Positions 34,959 to 48,620 of a stretch of DNA of 64,000 bases are shown here, piece by piece. The DNA is from Iphione sp. A-MEVVRFRX5 (Eukaryota). Every line of letters begins with the position of its first letter. Within the stretch, counting starts at the first letter, position 1. A program made the translations under genes and the position numbers. Location of the stretch: assembly GCA_976226885.1 (NCBI GenBank), contig OZ320322.1, positions 42,532,001 to 42,596,000 of the forward strand. Reading direction: 5' to 3'. Under the pieces are notes generated by a model. That model searched no databases and was not told the DNA's origin. It worked only from the letters and a program-made list of their open reading frames with translations.

Positions 34959-35120
34959 AAAGAAAATTCTCAGTTGAATGACGTTTTGACACAGTGAGTA
35001 TTCCATTGTTTACATATTGTTGTTATGCTACCTATTATGATGTCATCATGTTGGTATAGTGATATGATCCTGTTGTTGTCGTTACCTTGTCAATATACAA
35101 ATAAACACCTTATTTGACAT
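34959..35120 (-). repeat. Split direct repeat A1 (162 bp), element 5' end
   Basis: Identical to A2. Ends in gacat, which runs into (AT)n. Confidence 0.95.
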
Positions 35121-37120
35121 ATATATATAGTGTCGTGATGTGAATTTTTACATAAGTGTAAATTAGGAAAGGGTAGCGATAGAGGTATACAATAAACTCA
35201 AATAAAGGGATCATTTGTATATATAAATAATACACTAAAACTGTCTCCAGGTGGCATAAAGATTTTACATGTATAATTTCCTGAAATCTACCTACGATGA
35301 AACGTAGCTCGTAATCATAATTATCTCTAGCATAAACCTGTTCCTGTTAAATGATTAAAAAAGATGAAAGTCAACAATTTCTTAAAGATTTTATATTTAC
35401 AAGCAGTTTCTCGCGCTGCACGTACGGGCGAGACTATTCAAGGCTCTAGTCCTCCCACACCTATTGTTCGGGGCAGCGGTGCTATATGGATCCTCCTTAT
35501 CGGACAAGAGGAAATTGCAGGTGCACCTAAACAGGTGCATTCGAGTTGGAATGCAATCCAGTGTGCAGACATCGACAAAATGGCTAGCTGAAAGATTTCA
35601 CATCAGTAGGGTGGTCGACATGATTGACCTCAGAGCGATCTCTGCTATTCACAGGCTAGTACACTTGGGACTTTTCCCTATGGCAACAAGGTCCAGGACA
35701 AGGGAGGGTGGAAGTATGAGGGCATTGGTCCCAAAGCCCAGAAGTAGAAAGTTCCTGACTAGCCTCTGTTATGGAGCTGCCTCAACATGGAATAAGATCC
35801 CAAAGGAACTTAGAGAGGCCAAGGTGCCAAAACTAGGCAATTGGCTATTGGGAAGGTCTGCCAACAGGTAGTGCACTAGCCCCACAGCAGCCGAGGATGG
35901 TGTAAGCAGTGCCAACCCAAGGCAGATACGACAGGCACAGGAAGGGAATTTCTGCTATAGGCTAATCAGCTGCAACACTGGGGCCGATGGGGGTGAGTCA
36001 TGGTTAGGGTAGTATTTTAATTAATAGAAGGTGGGGGGTCTCACAAGCACTGCTGCTAGATGATATGAATAGTAACACTTTAAGATGCAATGTTCAACAC
36101 GTGGCAGGATGGGGCAAGTAGGGGTAATCACTCTGCATTTTGAAAATAGTAACCATGGGACTGATGGGTATGGGTCATGGAAAGTGTATTATAGCAAAAC
36201 ATTGTAGTGGGTTTAACGGACACAAAAGCTACAAACTGTAATTGGTATCATCTGGAGAAGCAAATTCGTACACAGGGCAGGAGAGGGTGAAGTGTGCATA
36301 TTTGTCTACAGGCTAACAGTAGTCACCTGGGGTGTGATGGGTGTGAGTGAAGGGAAGGGTATATTATCACATAAGGTTGGGAAGGCTCTCATAAGCACTA
36401 CATAAGCACTACAGTATGACCGGCAACATCTGTATTACTATAGGTAGCGACTGCCCTGGTGTGATTACGTATGATTGTGATTCAACTGAACACATCGAAA
36501 CTCATTAAAATGTATGTATCTAACTGATGCGTAACACTGCATGAGCGTATGTGAATAACAGTGTGGTTGTAAGGCATGTGAGGTAGGTTTTAACTAATGG
36601 TCAGAAGTATCATTGCACCTTAACGAAAACTACACTCTAAGATCTGTATGTGAACGTGATCCTGCATGTTCATTGTTGGCTCTATGAGTGGTTGTGCATG
36701 TGTCACGGTTGACCATGTGTAGCCCAAGAGTGCACCAATTGAGTGATGCGGTGCTCACCATCCATGTGCAGACTAGCCTTCTGCGTTCTGGGATGACCCT
36801 TGCTATGATAAGCATAAGAATACTTGTGGTGCTCGTATGGGGAGCAAAACTACAATTCTGAGGATAGCTGTTATATGTATATATAATGTCTTGACCATAC
36901 TGACTGTAGCATGATGTCTCCATGTGCACTTTGACTTAGTCAAGACGGGTGTGATTGTGTGGTTCAAATGTCATGGTGAATGTCTTACAAGAATGTTGTA
37001 CATCTGTATATTAAGATGTGTTGTTCCATCTCATGGAAGGAAACTCTAAGGTGCTCGCTGATATTGCATGCAACACGTGTCCATGCATGTCCTTCAGTTT
37101 ACATTGCTATTGTCTATGTC

Positions 37121-37220
37121 TGTATCGTTCGTGCTGTGCAGTGCTCAAGTAACGTGAATATATGTGTTGTGTTGTATCGTTCGTGCTGTGCAGTGCTCAA
37201 GTAACGTGAATATATGTGTT
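37121..37220. repeat. Two-copy 52-bp-period tandem duplication
   Basis: tgtatcgttcgtgctgtgcagtgctcaagtaacgtgaatatatgtgtt is identical at 37121 and 37173. Confidence 0.9.
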
Positions 37221-37254
37221 TATGTCGATCAGTTGGTGCTCCCGTAAGTGCTCG

Positions 37255-37374
37255 TGCAAATCTCTGTATTGCCTCCTTGTTGTATCTGTGCTGTAATTGT
37301 ATACTTGTCTCCATGCAAATCTCTGTATTGCCTCCTTGTGGTTTCTGTGTTGTAATTGTATACTTGTCTCCATG
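37255..37374. repeat. Two-copy 59-bp-period tandem duplication
   Basis: tgcaaatctctgtattgcctccttgt...tgtaattgtatacttgtctcca occurs at 37255 and 37314 with few mismatches. Confidence 0.9.
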
Positions 37375-40300
37375 TGCTGTACCGGTGTGTGTTTACCTGT
37401 CTCCCAATTGTTAACTTTATCCACGATTCTGTAGTTCAATATTAACCAGGAGAACTTTGTAATAATCACAAAGATTGGTTAATAAAGTTTATTCAATTAA
37501 AAAAAACAACACTTTAAATAAAGTGGCGTTTTCTGTTAATTCACTTTGTGATGTGCACGTAACGTACTAATGAAAATTTGGGTGATTTATTACAACATTG
37601 TTCCTTTACATGCTCAAGAAGAACGAGACAAAGGTCAGTCCCTAGCTTATGTATTACATAATACAAACCGGCACATTGCATGTGATTGCATAATATCCTA
37701 AAAACGTAATCAACACCTACTGCACGGCATATATAGTATGATAATGAAGTCAAATGGAACCTAGTAATCTATCGTCACAACCTGTTACCAAATCACGTTA
37801 TCCCATCTCTGACCTCTTCGATTTTTGTTGAATAGTTCATTTGATGTAAGTCCCCCTTCCTCTGAGTTGCGATCTGGTTCTGGCATCGATTCTGTCAATC
37901 TGCATGTAATTATTATGTGAATGGTTTCCTATATCGTATTAGTTCCGGGGCGTTTTTTGACAAAGTGGGGATATAGATGCGGATATAAAACACGGACACG
38001 GACTTAAAACCTTACCGATTCAATCGATGCGAACAGCACATGAAACGATTTCCTATATATGGTTCCATAGAGCTTCGACCTTTCCTAAATCTCTCGGTAT
38101 CTGGCAGCGATGGATCTTTATCAATTTACCTGTTATCTCATCTCACATCCTCCCATGTATTCGGGTATTAACATACATTAAGCTGTTTCTTTAGATTTTC
38201 TTTAAAACTACGAAGGAAGGGGAATGCTTGTTCCCTGTGTTTTCATTTGGAGGTATCCGCCAAGGTAGGAGTTCCAATTAGATCTACAGACAACTACTGC
38301 CTACTTGCTCCGCCTATCTTAGCCTTTCCCTTTAGACCGGTACGTTAGTTACACATGTAGACGTTCTCCCATCAGCCCTACCAGCCGGACTTAAGTAGGG
38401 CTAACGTAGTGCTCAAGTGCTCAGTGTCTCGATGTAAGACACGATGGCGATTAGGAAATGGGAGGCCTCAGACTCCTGCTCCAACAAAGCGAGGTCATCA
38501 TAGGGTCGGCTTTAATGATCACTTTGAAGTAAACGACTCCACCTTGGAGACAGAGTGTATGTGACTTTACACAGCCTTGAACACTAAATGTCAGGAACAT
38601 GTCTGACAATGTCCTATTCCACAACCAGAGTAAACTGAAGATGATAAAGGAGAAGGAGCTAAAGATAAACGCAGTTATTTGCTTGTCATCTCTGGACACT
38701 ATTAAATAAACAAGACTAAAATCCTAGCTTATCTAGGAGCCTATCTGCCATTTGCAGGACAAATTAAATCTTTCAACTAGAAAAAATGCACGCATCGTTT
38801 TAACCTTAACCTATGGTACAATGCTGGAAAGGTATTTCAAAAGTCAGAGTATGATAGAGCTTTGCAAGTAACATCTTTTGCATTGTGTAAAACGTTCGAT
38901 AGGACTAGGCAATTGACTCTGAGAAGGCAGGCTTGGGGCAGCGGTCTGTTCAAACAGTGATATAACGGTTACTTCCGGCGTGCCGCTATCTTTTTACCGA
39001 GAAGAATAACACCCTCGACATGTTTGCGAGAAGAACACGTAAAACCTTACCTATGAATATCCTGTCTGGAGTGAGGGCAGAAAGTTGAATTTCACGATTT
39101 ACGAGAAGAGCACATTGTAAGGGTGCCGGCGTTGCCGAAGCTTCTATTATCAGAAGCAAGTCATGAGTGAGTGCGTGAGCAATCGAGCGGGCATAAAGGT
39201 GTATACGGTAACGAGCACAGAAGGGACATGGCCGTGACTATTTCAAATGTAACGCAAACTTGGGAGGATTACTGCAAGATTGTGAATGCGAGGATCCTCA
39301 GTCGATGATAAGCAAATGCATCTTGTCGTGTAACAGGTTGATACTGGAAGTGAAATGTGTTTATCATGTACCCTGCTCCTTGGCTTTCGCGCAATGTTCA
39401 CTTGTACAGGCGCATGTTGTATAGGTTTTCACCCGGAAAGTTCGAAGATGGATGTCACGTGGCTAACGTTTGGTATGCAGAAATGGCATCCATTTTACAC
39501 AAACACGTTGAATCGTTTGTTGGTTACTAATTATGAGCCTTACCAAGAGACAATATACCAAACTGCTTGTTATTAAGTGGATTTGGGGCCACGTCCAACC
39601 AGTTGAGTTTACATGCTTGGGGAATATAAAATATATACAATGTATGACATTAAGCCAAGCCCTCAACGACTTTAGGGGAGCAGAACTCTTACCAATGTTT
39701 AAGGTACAAAAAGTTTGCACTAATCCGATCGTCTCTACGGATCCTTTTCCAAAGACATTACATCTGTTTGGAGGAGTAGTGTGATCGTTCTGCTGATAAC
39801 GATAACCATAATGCTCCAAATTTATACACCATATATTTACGTACTGATTTTTTGTGGGGACGGCGTAACGTAATCTTTTTTCTGAGCCTGTACCTTGTAC
39901 TAACACCTACAACAATATATAAACAACATATAAAGAACTTCCTACTATCATTTGCTGAGAGTGTAATATCTTCCATAATTGAGTATACGGCGGAATAAGC
40001 ACCCTGTGATCTCCTGAATCCATATTGACTGCCGCTTAGGGTATCATTAGTTTTCTTTAAAAAAAAGTCATGTCTATTATAGATGGTTTTTTACAAGTAT
40101 TTTACTGGAGTAATTGTTCTATAGTTTTTTGGTTGGAGTGTTCCCCACAAGACTAGCCTTATTTGAGGTGGAAGCGCAAATCACTTGAACCAGTTTAGTG
40201 GACATGAACTCGGTTAACTTTAAATCTACAGCAGGAGAGATTAAAAGAGAACCAATTAGGAAGAATAAATAAAAGAGCTTTTATCCTTATAACCTTAGCA

Positions 40301-40479
40301 AGCAGTAGCAATTTCAGTAGGCGCTGGTTGATAATACTAACATTATTGCTTGACTGCATTGCAGCCATCATTAGGTGTCATCTACTTATTAACAATGAAA
40401 TGAAGACATGCTGGTGAAAATGGATGATAGATTCCATACAGGCATCTTCTGAATGAAATGAATCACAAGACTTATATTA

Positions 40480-40655
40480 CAGTGGAAACTCCATTTAAGA
40501 CCACCCCTTGGATCCCATCAAGTAGTCTGATCTGTGAGTTTGGTCATAAATCGATTATAGCTCAATATAGACATCAATATTTCTGTACCCAAATAAAATA
40601 GTCTGAAATTGCATTTGGATGCAAATTGGAGTGGTCTTCAATAGAGGTTCCACTG
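40480..40655. mobile_element. Tc1/mariner (pogo/Tigger-like) MITE, 176 bp
   Basis: 25-bp TIRs: CAGTGGAAACTCCATTTAAGACCAC, versus the reverse complement of the right end, CAGTGGAACCTCTATTGAAGACCAC (3 mismatches). TA TSD at 40478-40479 and 40656-40657. Confidence 0.8.
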
Positions 40656-43589
40656 TATTTGCAATTACGTGAAATGGATACTATAAGTTATAGAAGAAAA
40701 GTTTAAAGTAGCTAGTAATATGGAATTATTTTCTCTTACCAGCTTTTCCCCTCTGTATATAAAGGTCTTCACATCATCTCATATGTGTATTCACAGTGAG
40801 CAAGTTACCCTTGCAAATCCTGGATACAGATACTTCAGTGTATCAGCATTTCAGGTTAAATAAAGTCTTAACAAATATTAGCAGCTCTCCTTGAAACTCT
40901 TATGGCTATACGTATGTGAGGAAAATTTAAAACAGTCTTGGTTTTTTTTGCACATAATGTCCCCCAGGGCGTTTCATCTCTAAGCCTGCAAATAGTTATT
41001 CTTCCTTCGCCATATCTCTCCCTTGAGCTGTTTTCATCATTCGATCTCGAGACTATTAATGATATGTACTTGGAGTCTATATTTTATGTATAAACAATAA
41101 AGATATAAACAAAACCTTTTCACACAATCTAGTTTTCCGATGAAATATGCAGAGTGTTTAGACTTGTGCTTAAAACCACAGGGGGAGTCCAAAAGCAGGC
41201 CACAACTCGGTCGCACCTCATAGAGTCAAGAGCATAGCCACGTCTTATTATTGTTTACACTTGTGTGTGGATTACTTGTGTGACGGATTTTCAGTATTCC
41301 ACGTTTAATGCCTGGTTGGTTCTAAGATTGTATTCAACTTTGTCAGTTCGCCTGAGTAGCTAAAACTACGATCAGATGTATTCGACAAGCCATTTACGTC
41401 CGCTTGATTCATCACTTGTAGATGATCGCGTGCGAACTCGTTCAGACAATCGTCAATGAAACAGTTTCAGTCTGCAATCAGTTAAGGAACTTACAGGCAT
41501 GGAAGGCTGCACGTTAACGCGAGATGAAGTAGTACTGACCGTGCTCACATCCGATGATGGACAGGTATGTACATTGTAGTTAAAATGACTCATCTTCGGT
41601 CAAAGTAGGTCCACAGTACCGACCACACTACCAGCTCTGACGCCTGATCTAATTGAGCGGGAAGCTGGCCACAGAAGACGCAGAGGAACAGGTCACGTGC
41701 GTGATATATTGTGACGTCATAGGAAGTAACTGATAATCATCACTGCCCCGGTAAGGCCCGCATATCTCGGGGACTTAAATGTTTCTATATATGAGGACGA
41801 CGTATTCGCTGGTGAATACATGCCAGAGTCAATACACGTACATTGTACATAGTCATGGACAACTCACCAATGATAGCATCCTGAGAGGTGTGGTTGAGGC
41901 ATGTAGATCATGTAGGCTAAAGAAACAATGGATGATGGAGACGAGGATGCACCTCGACTCTATCGGTAACCCTCAAAGAGGGTTATGAACTGCATTGGCA
42001 TTTTTTACTTGTCCGAGTAAGATAACAGGGGATGTAGACTGTGTAATGACCCTCAGTACCGTTGTCAATAAGCCAGGGATGAAGGCATCTAATACCACCG
42101 CCAAGCCCTTCTTAAATTTAAAGAAGGAGTATCAGCATAAGCAGGTATACCTAGTATAATTACATGACGATTTGGGAGGCTCCACTTAGCTAGACTGTCT
42201 TTTCCTATTGGAATGCTATGGATGGTTCTGAATCAGTCAGTTCTACGAAGGACCTTTTTCTATATACACGTACTGGTTACATTGAAGTTAATGGTAACAT
42301 ATTTTCCAGGAAACGACTCCAGTATTCGTACCTGTATACTTTAAACGTCCCGATAAATTGATCAAAATTATTAATGATAAATGGCTAGGGATTCGCGAAG
42401 TATGAAAAGAATCTGAGAGATGAAGCAAACTTGGGGCCAAAGCCAACACCCTCCCAAATAGTGTTTTGTATGTCGTGATTGTTTGAATAGAACCTTCTTG
42501 TTACCTCGTAAAAATAAAAACGTTATTAAAAGTAAACAAACTAACAAATTTTATCAACATATTTATAAAAAAAGAATTTCCTCAGCTTTAATTATATCTA
42601 GAGTCAAACGTTACAGAAATACATCATCAACAGTAGATGTGAATTGTGTTACCCCTTTACTGTACGTTGATGTCTTTAAATCTTTTCCCTGTAACAATAT
42701 GACACCTGTAAATCATTTGTTCTACACTTGCACACGGCAGCCATTCCCATGGAGATAAGTAAATGATTTTATAGTTTCATTGATTTAAAAAGCCTCCATA
42801 AAACTGTCGGATCTCCTCAGTGAAATACATAGCACGATCTAATTCACATATGAGATCCCTATACACATACATTTCCATGAGGTCACAAACAGAATGGAGT
42901 ATTTTGGATAGATCTTCGCATTAAATTCACTAAAGCATGAATTCACCAATTCATAAAGTATTCCAAGCAGGCTACATCCAATAGAAAAAAAAAACCGTTT
43001 TACTTGAGAGACAGTTTTTTAGCTTTACAAGGATGCGCATGAATGAATTAAAATTTAACCTGTTCTTGAACAGGGGAAATGGACTAAATTGAAGTAAAGG
43101 AACTAAACACAATGTAAACTCAATTCTCTGGGATATTAATGCATGCATTGCTGTTATGAATTATACAAACAATATGCCAACCCCGATGATAGCGCAGGTT
43201 ACACATAAATGGAGAAATGGTAGAAAAATGATCAGCAAGCTCAATGGATTGGTGCCATCTCAGTAGGAAAGACAAAGAAAAGGCAAATATTGTTTGAAAA
43301 AGTCCTACATCATGTCGCTGACGTTATATGAATATTGTAGTAGGTGTCGAAGCTAAGAGGAAGAGGGGCCCAAGATTTACTCCTGTCTATCAAATGGAGG
43401 ACACTTGAGAGTTTAAATCCACATAGCTACATTTTATATTATCATTTCATATTCATCATTTTTCTTCTACTTTAATGATATGGAAGGGAATTATATAATA
43501 AGGGAGGTTTTGTTTGTAAAGGGTCCCAAACAGTTATGGAAATGAAACGGAATATGAAATGGAGAACTCTGGAAAACAAGATTCATCAA

Positions 43590-43820
43590 ATAACGAAACT
43601 CGGTTGTCTCAATGTGAGAAGTCTATTTCTTCAAATAGACAAGACGAGATTCAATACAGACATGCAAAGAAATATGATGCTATGATGCATACTGGAAATT
43701 GGCAGAATATAAATATCCGACCAAACAATGAGCGAGAATATGCAATGTAAGAAACAAGACCTGCGGACGAAAAGGGTGATGTTTCATAATAAGTTAGGTG
43801 CTATCCATATATACATGGGT
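43590..43820 (+). pseudogene. Remnant of a LINE APE endonuclease N-terminus
   Basis: The frame reads ITKLGCLNVRSLFLQIDKTR...ML*CILE...ISDQ...KQDLR...LGAIHIYM. This matches the order LNVRSL / CISE / RxDR / GGV.IY seen in the intact ORF at 9591. It contains stops. Confidence 0.45.
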
Positions 43821-44602
43821 TATATGTCCACCACCTGGGGTAGGGTCAGGACTGTCTGCACCTCCCCACCACCTCGGGTGTGGCTTATCCTCATGTACAC
43901 ATTGCAACCCGGTAATGGTAAAATGTGACAAATCGTTATTGTAGCAATGATGATTTTGTATGTCACAATGGGCAAATGAAATAAACTGTGTATGTATAGC
44001 GTAAAGATATAAGAACTAAGTGGAAGCCTTTAAAAGAAAGCAAAGTGCACAATGAAAATTTTTCATGTAAATGTCTCTAGGCAGTTGGTGTACATGACGT
44101 CCCACTCTCCATGTGTAGTATAACATTGTTTCTGTAACTCCTATCTTACATATACCCAGTAATGAGCATTGAACAAAGACTGTTGTGACACAGTATCTAA
44201 TGAGGACTTGGTTCTACACCATTATGACTCCATTGGAGATTGGATACATGTGTCTGTTAATGCTTAGTTTGACATGACAACTGATGAATGACACAATGAG
44301 TTTCACATAGTTTGCCAAGTTTGTTTTTGTCAATAAGAGTATATAAGATAAGGGTTGCACATCACCTGCAGGGTTCACGTTTTAAAATCTACCAGAGACT
44401 GTGTCTCACCCAGGAATAAAGGCTTCTCAAGATGAACCTCTGGTGGGGTGTACATTTTATTGTTACAACAGGTTATACACACTCTCTTACTAGGCATTTA
44501 AAACATGTAAGAACATATGTTAAAAGCTTAAAACATATGTAGTTCTTTAAAAGTTGTTACCAATTTATATACCATTTACATAAAATATAAAATAGAATTT
44601 TT

Positions 44603-44673
44603 TTGAAAGTGAGGCATATCAGTGGAAATTTGGCAGCTTTTTTGTTGAAAGTGAGGCATATTGGTGGAAATTT
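44603..44673. repeat. Two-copy 42-bp-period duplication
   Basis: ttgaaagtgaggcatat(c/t)(a/g)gtggaaattt occurs at 44603 and 44645. Confidence 0.7.
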
Positions 44674-47600
44674 TGTGCTTTTTATGCAAATATGCAAATT
44701 TTAAAGAACTAACATATGTTAAGCATTTTACATATGTTGCAAATAGCAATACATGTTTGCTACATCTAAAACAAGAATTTTACACATACTTTTACATATG
44801 TTAAATATCTTTTCCCAGCAAGCACAAGGTGGCAGGGCCCAGTTGGACCAGACCAATGCAGATCGGTCTGCATGCATCAGGTGATGGGTTCAGACCATCC
44901 GTGCACATTGGGATAAGTCTATCTTAATTGCCTTCTCTGATTTCCTCACTCTCCCAGCCACAAGTGGCAGGTTCAGAGAGTTTGCACACATGGGGCTAGT
45001 GCCTTACAATGTATAATGTCAAAACGTGTAATTACAGCTTATATAAAAGCTACAAGATGTCATATTAGACAGGAAAGATCAAAGTCTATGGGTAAGTGCT
45101 GTTAATATAAAGCTGGAAAGAATATATAGAAAATGTACAAATTTTATCAAAGATGGCCAATGTAGAATCTTCAAAAATAGTGTTGAGGATTACGATCAAA
45201 AGAATATTCTGAGTATTATTTACTTGCCGCAATCATCGTAACGCAGTTACAGTATTCCAAGGAAGAAATTTATAGTACTATGAAGTAAGAAAATAAAAGA
45301 TTATATACTTTGCAGGGAGGTTTATTTTTACGTCCATTTGAAAATGAGGAAACTGCACATGAAGCACTAGGCTTGATAGTCCATACATCTTTTGTGATTC
45401 CATTCAGGAGAATGTCGCTTGGTAATATCATAGGATATTAACAGCATAAATACACAGAATTATTGTCGATCTCTTTCCAAATCTCAGTGAGAATGGCGAA
45501 AGTGGTCCATACAACGTAAACCACTCAGATGAAAGTTAACAACACAGTGAACTCGGAACTAATAGATGACTAAAAGTGAGAAACATCGTATCCGAATTCC
45601 CCCATTACCTGCCAAATCCATGAAATACGTTTTGACAGTCCTGAAAGCGAGAGAGCCGGAATAAAAATAATTCATCTAATCTGTGATCGCGGCACAATAA
45701 GAAGATACGTTAATAGGTGGATATTTTCAGAAGACCACTGCATTGTCTGCATGGTGATAATCTACTGCAGACGACTACTGCTTCGGTATTTTGAATATAG
45801 TGTCACGAGCCAGGATGTGATGCAATCGAAGTTCACACTTATGTTTAAGTATTAAAGTGTTAACGATTTTCTCTTATAAACATTATGTACTCTTCAATAT
45901 TTATAATATCATATACATATATACATATTGACTATCAATGTATTCTGTTCTATTCTACCATGTTGTATAATACCCATTCATTCACCTGATGCAATTAATG
46001 CATTAGTATATTTGCATGAATCTGACAGGTATTACAAAGGCAAGGCTATAAATTATTAGTACAACTGGACGGTAACATATACATATACACACATTCACAG
46101 GCATTCTTTCGCAGTATTCCCGTGAGAATGTATATTTTCTTATTGTGTAGTGGCCTGGGTCCCTCTGGAAAGTCTTCACTTATCCTCCTTTAATAAACGT
46201 CGATTAATACAAATACGTGTACATGAACTTGGATGGGATTGAACAGCTCAAGTCTGAGGGGTTCCACCAAAAGTTTTGAAATGATCCAAATAAGTTATTT
46301 TATTTACTTACAACAGATCAAAGGCAAAGAACACCACGTATACTTAAAACCTGCTTTTATCTGTTCATAGGCGTAAAAGAATATATGTATTTCTAAGCAA
46401 ATAGTTCATCTATATGAAATGGCGGACGGGTATATTCCTGTCATGAGGAGCTAGCGAAAGGTTCATGGCCACCTTCTGAGATGGCGGACCATCTGCCTGA
46501 ATGGCTGGATTAAGGAGAGTCATATATGGATCTGTTAAGGCTGAGGATAAATAGACATTAACACTAAAGGCGTATTCCCGCCGCCCTTCATGTGGTTAGG
46601 AGTCGGATGCCGCCTCCATTTTCAATTAGTTTTTTCCCACCCCAATCAGTATTGTTGATCTATTTTTGGTTTATTTGCGCTTATATCGTCAAAGCTGCCA
46701 CATTGCAGTAGGGGTACATCAAAGCCTAGCCAGATTCAAATCTTAATCTGTTCTTGATTCATCAGGCGCAGCTCTTAAGTACGATAATAAGCGTATGTGG
46801 TGCATTAGTTCCATTCGTGAGTGCAGAAGTTGTCATTCAGCGCCAGTTGAAACGGCGACTGCAGATACGCCATTGTATAATTGTCGCAATGCAAAGTACT
46901 AGTTAGACAGTGAAGCGTTCAATCAGTCAATCTACCGCGATGTGTTAATCGTGAGGACGAGTGAAGGGCAAACGAAGCATTCCTGCCTCTAAAAACACAA
47001 CTACCGCACCAGAACCTCGCCTAGTCTGTCCGGACCAGGACAATTCGCCAGAGCCACTGAAGATGAATAGAAATAGATCCTTTTAAACTAGTGTCGATTA
47101 AAAAAAACAAATGTATCCAACGCCTGCATGAGAGCCGCCAAGGTTTTTGGTAAAATGGGGATATGAACAATGCTAACGCTGTTTAAAACATGCCATGCTG
47201 TGGTCTGTTCCGTTCATTATTGAACTAAGTAATTCCCCCCCCCCACATCTAATGGAATTATTCTCACTGCTTTCAATTGTAGCATTCTATTCGGTTCTGA
47301 AGTCTCCTCCTAACAATCGTTCACCAGGGGAATATAACCGTCAAAAATAATAATACTCCCCCATTATAGGTGGACACACAAAGCCGGATCGAACCGGCAG
47401 AACCTGACTCATTGCGTGGCTTGGTAGACGACTTCGCGGGAGTCTATTCACATCAGACAAACCGCAAAAAATACCCTTCCCTTGAATTCCCGCCCAGGCA
47501 CAAGAAACGATGAGCCGAGGCGCTTGTCGATCCTCTTTCAATGCTAGACGACTGTATGTATTGCTATCTAGGATCCACGAACAGCATGTAGCAGGCTCCG

Positions 47601-48197
47601 GAGAGGATTCCAAGATTACTAGGACGTCCCTCGGTTGGCCCGTCTCAGAATTACATAGCGCTATTAGATCCATTTGTCTTCCGCACTGAGCGCCTAGAAA
47701 GCGTAATAGCCTGGCAGGCCATTGAGGAGGTTTTAGCAAGCAGAGCATCGCTCTGGATATTGACTTAAATCCTGATCAAATTAAAGGACCCGCCGTGACG
47801 AATTGGCTGGATGAATTGACTGGAATTTAGGGCTCGGTTCAAGACTTTTCTGATTCACCGGTACTCAATCTGTATCCACTAGAAAATCTGCTGACTTTGG
47901 TAATTAGATTCTTTGTACGATAATGATGATTGATGGATGCAAAATTATCATAAAGCAGTCTTTATCAAGCGTATACAAGTGATGTCTTTCTACTTTCGGT
48001 TGCTTTTTTTTGCAACATCAGCAAAAATACCCTTTTTACCGTCGATCTGAGGCTTAATTTTATGCAATTGTTATGCAGGTTTTGATGCATTTGTTTTATA
48101 TGTGGCCAGATATGTACGGAAATAGTAAAGGTTTTTCTAATAAAGATGTTTTTCGCTGCATCCTTGAAGATAATGTAGAGAAGACGGTGTTCTACCC

Positions 48198-48620
48198 TGT
48201 AGGGATGAAGACTGTAGTCTGTGACCTGCTAAAAGTAGGGGCCTGACCAAATTTGTTAGGGGCCCAACCAGTTAGACAGAGGGCCCAAGCAGTCTGCAGA
48301 GTCTGCATTTGTACAGCGGCCTAACTGTTGCACTCAGTGCCCCCAGGTTTCATTGACAGATAAGACAGACAAGAGTAATGTTGTGTCAGCTTTATTCCAT
48401 TTTTGGATACATTGATCTGGTCACAGAACATGTGTGTCTGCTATAAATAGGGGCCCTGCATGGCCAATAAACCAGTCTGCACTTGGAGCTACCTTGTGGA
48501 ACTTGTCTCTCCGGGGATGCTATGGAACCATTTATTACTTGGAACTACCATTAAGGGATTGTACAGGATAACCAATCAGATTAACTGAAGGAACACTATG
48601 CCAGGACTAGTAGTACCACA
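48198..48620 (+). mobile_element. Possible solo LTR (~420 bp)
   Basis: TGT...ACA termini and a GC-richer interior, with TATAAATA (48442-48449) followed by AATAAA (48466-48471). No matching TSD, so the boundaries are uncertain. Confidence 0.3.

Larger units (their letters stand above)
30795..35120 (-). mobile_element. Full-length Ngaro-type (DIRS order) tyrosine-recombinase retrotransposon, 4326 bp
   Basis: In element orientation the order is A1 (35120-34959), gag, RT/RNase H, YR, B1 (31076-31024), A2 (31023-30862), 14-nt spacer, B2 (30847-30795). This split-direct-repeat layout is established for Ngaro and PAT elements. No methyltransferase domain follows RNase H, which favours Ngaro over DIRS1-like. 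There is no conventional TSD. Confidence 0.95.
35400..37506 (+). mobile_element. 5'-truncated CR1/L2-group LINE with a long putative 3' UTR
   Basis: The frame from about 35404 reads QFLALHVRARLFKALVLPHLLFGAAVLYG...LQVHLNRCIR...LCYGAASTWNKIPKELR, typical of a LINE ORF2 C-terminus, with a stop at 35871. The downstream sequence is GT-skewed and ends in AATAAA (37481-37486) plus A8 (37499-37506). Assigning the whole 1.6 kb to the element is inference. Confidence 0.7.

Noticed and set aside
41497-41564. Candidate plus-strand exon (MEGCTLTRDEVVLTVLTSDDGQ)
   Set aside because: Weak polypyrimidine tract and no recognisable product or partner exons.
23620-45825. Shared 13-mer caggatgtgatgc at about 23620 and about 45812, similar to the LINE motif
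   Set aside because: It does not form the ATCC stem, and dozens of chance 13-mer pairs are expected in 64 kb.
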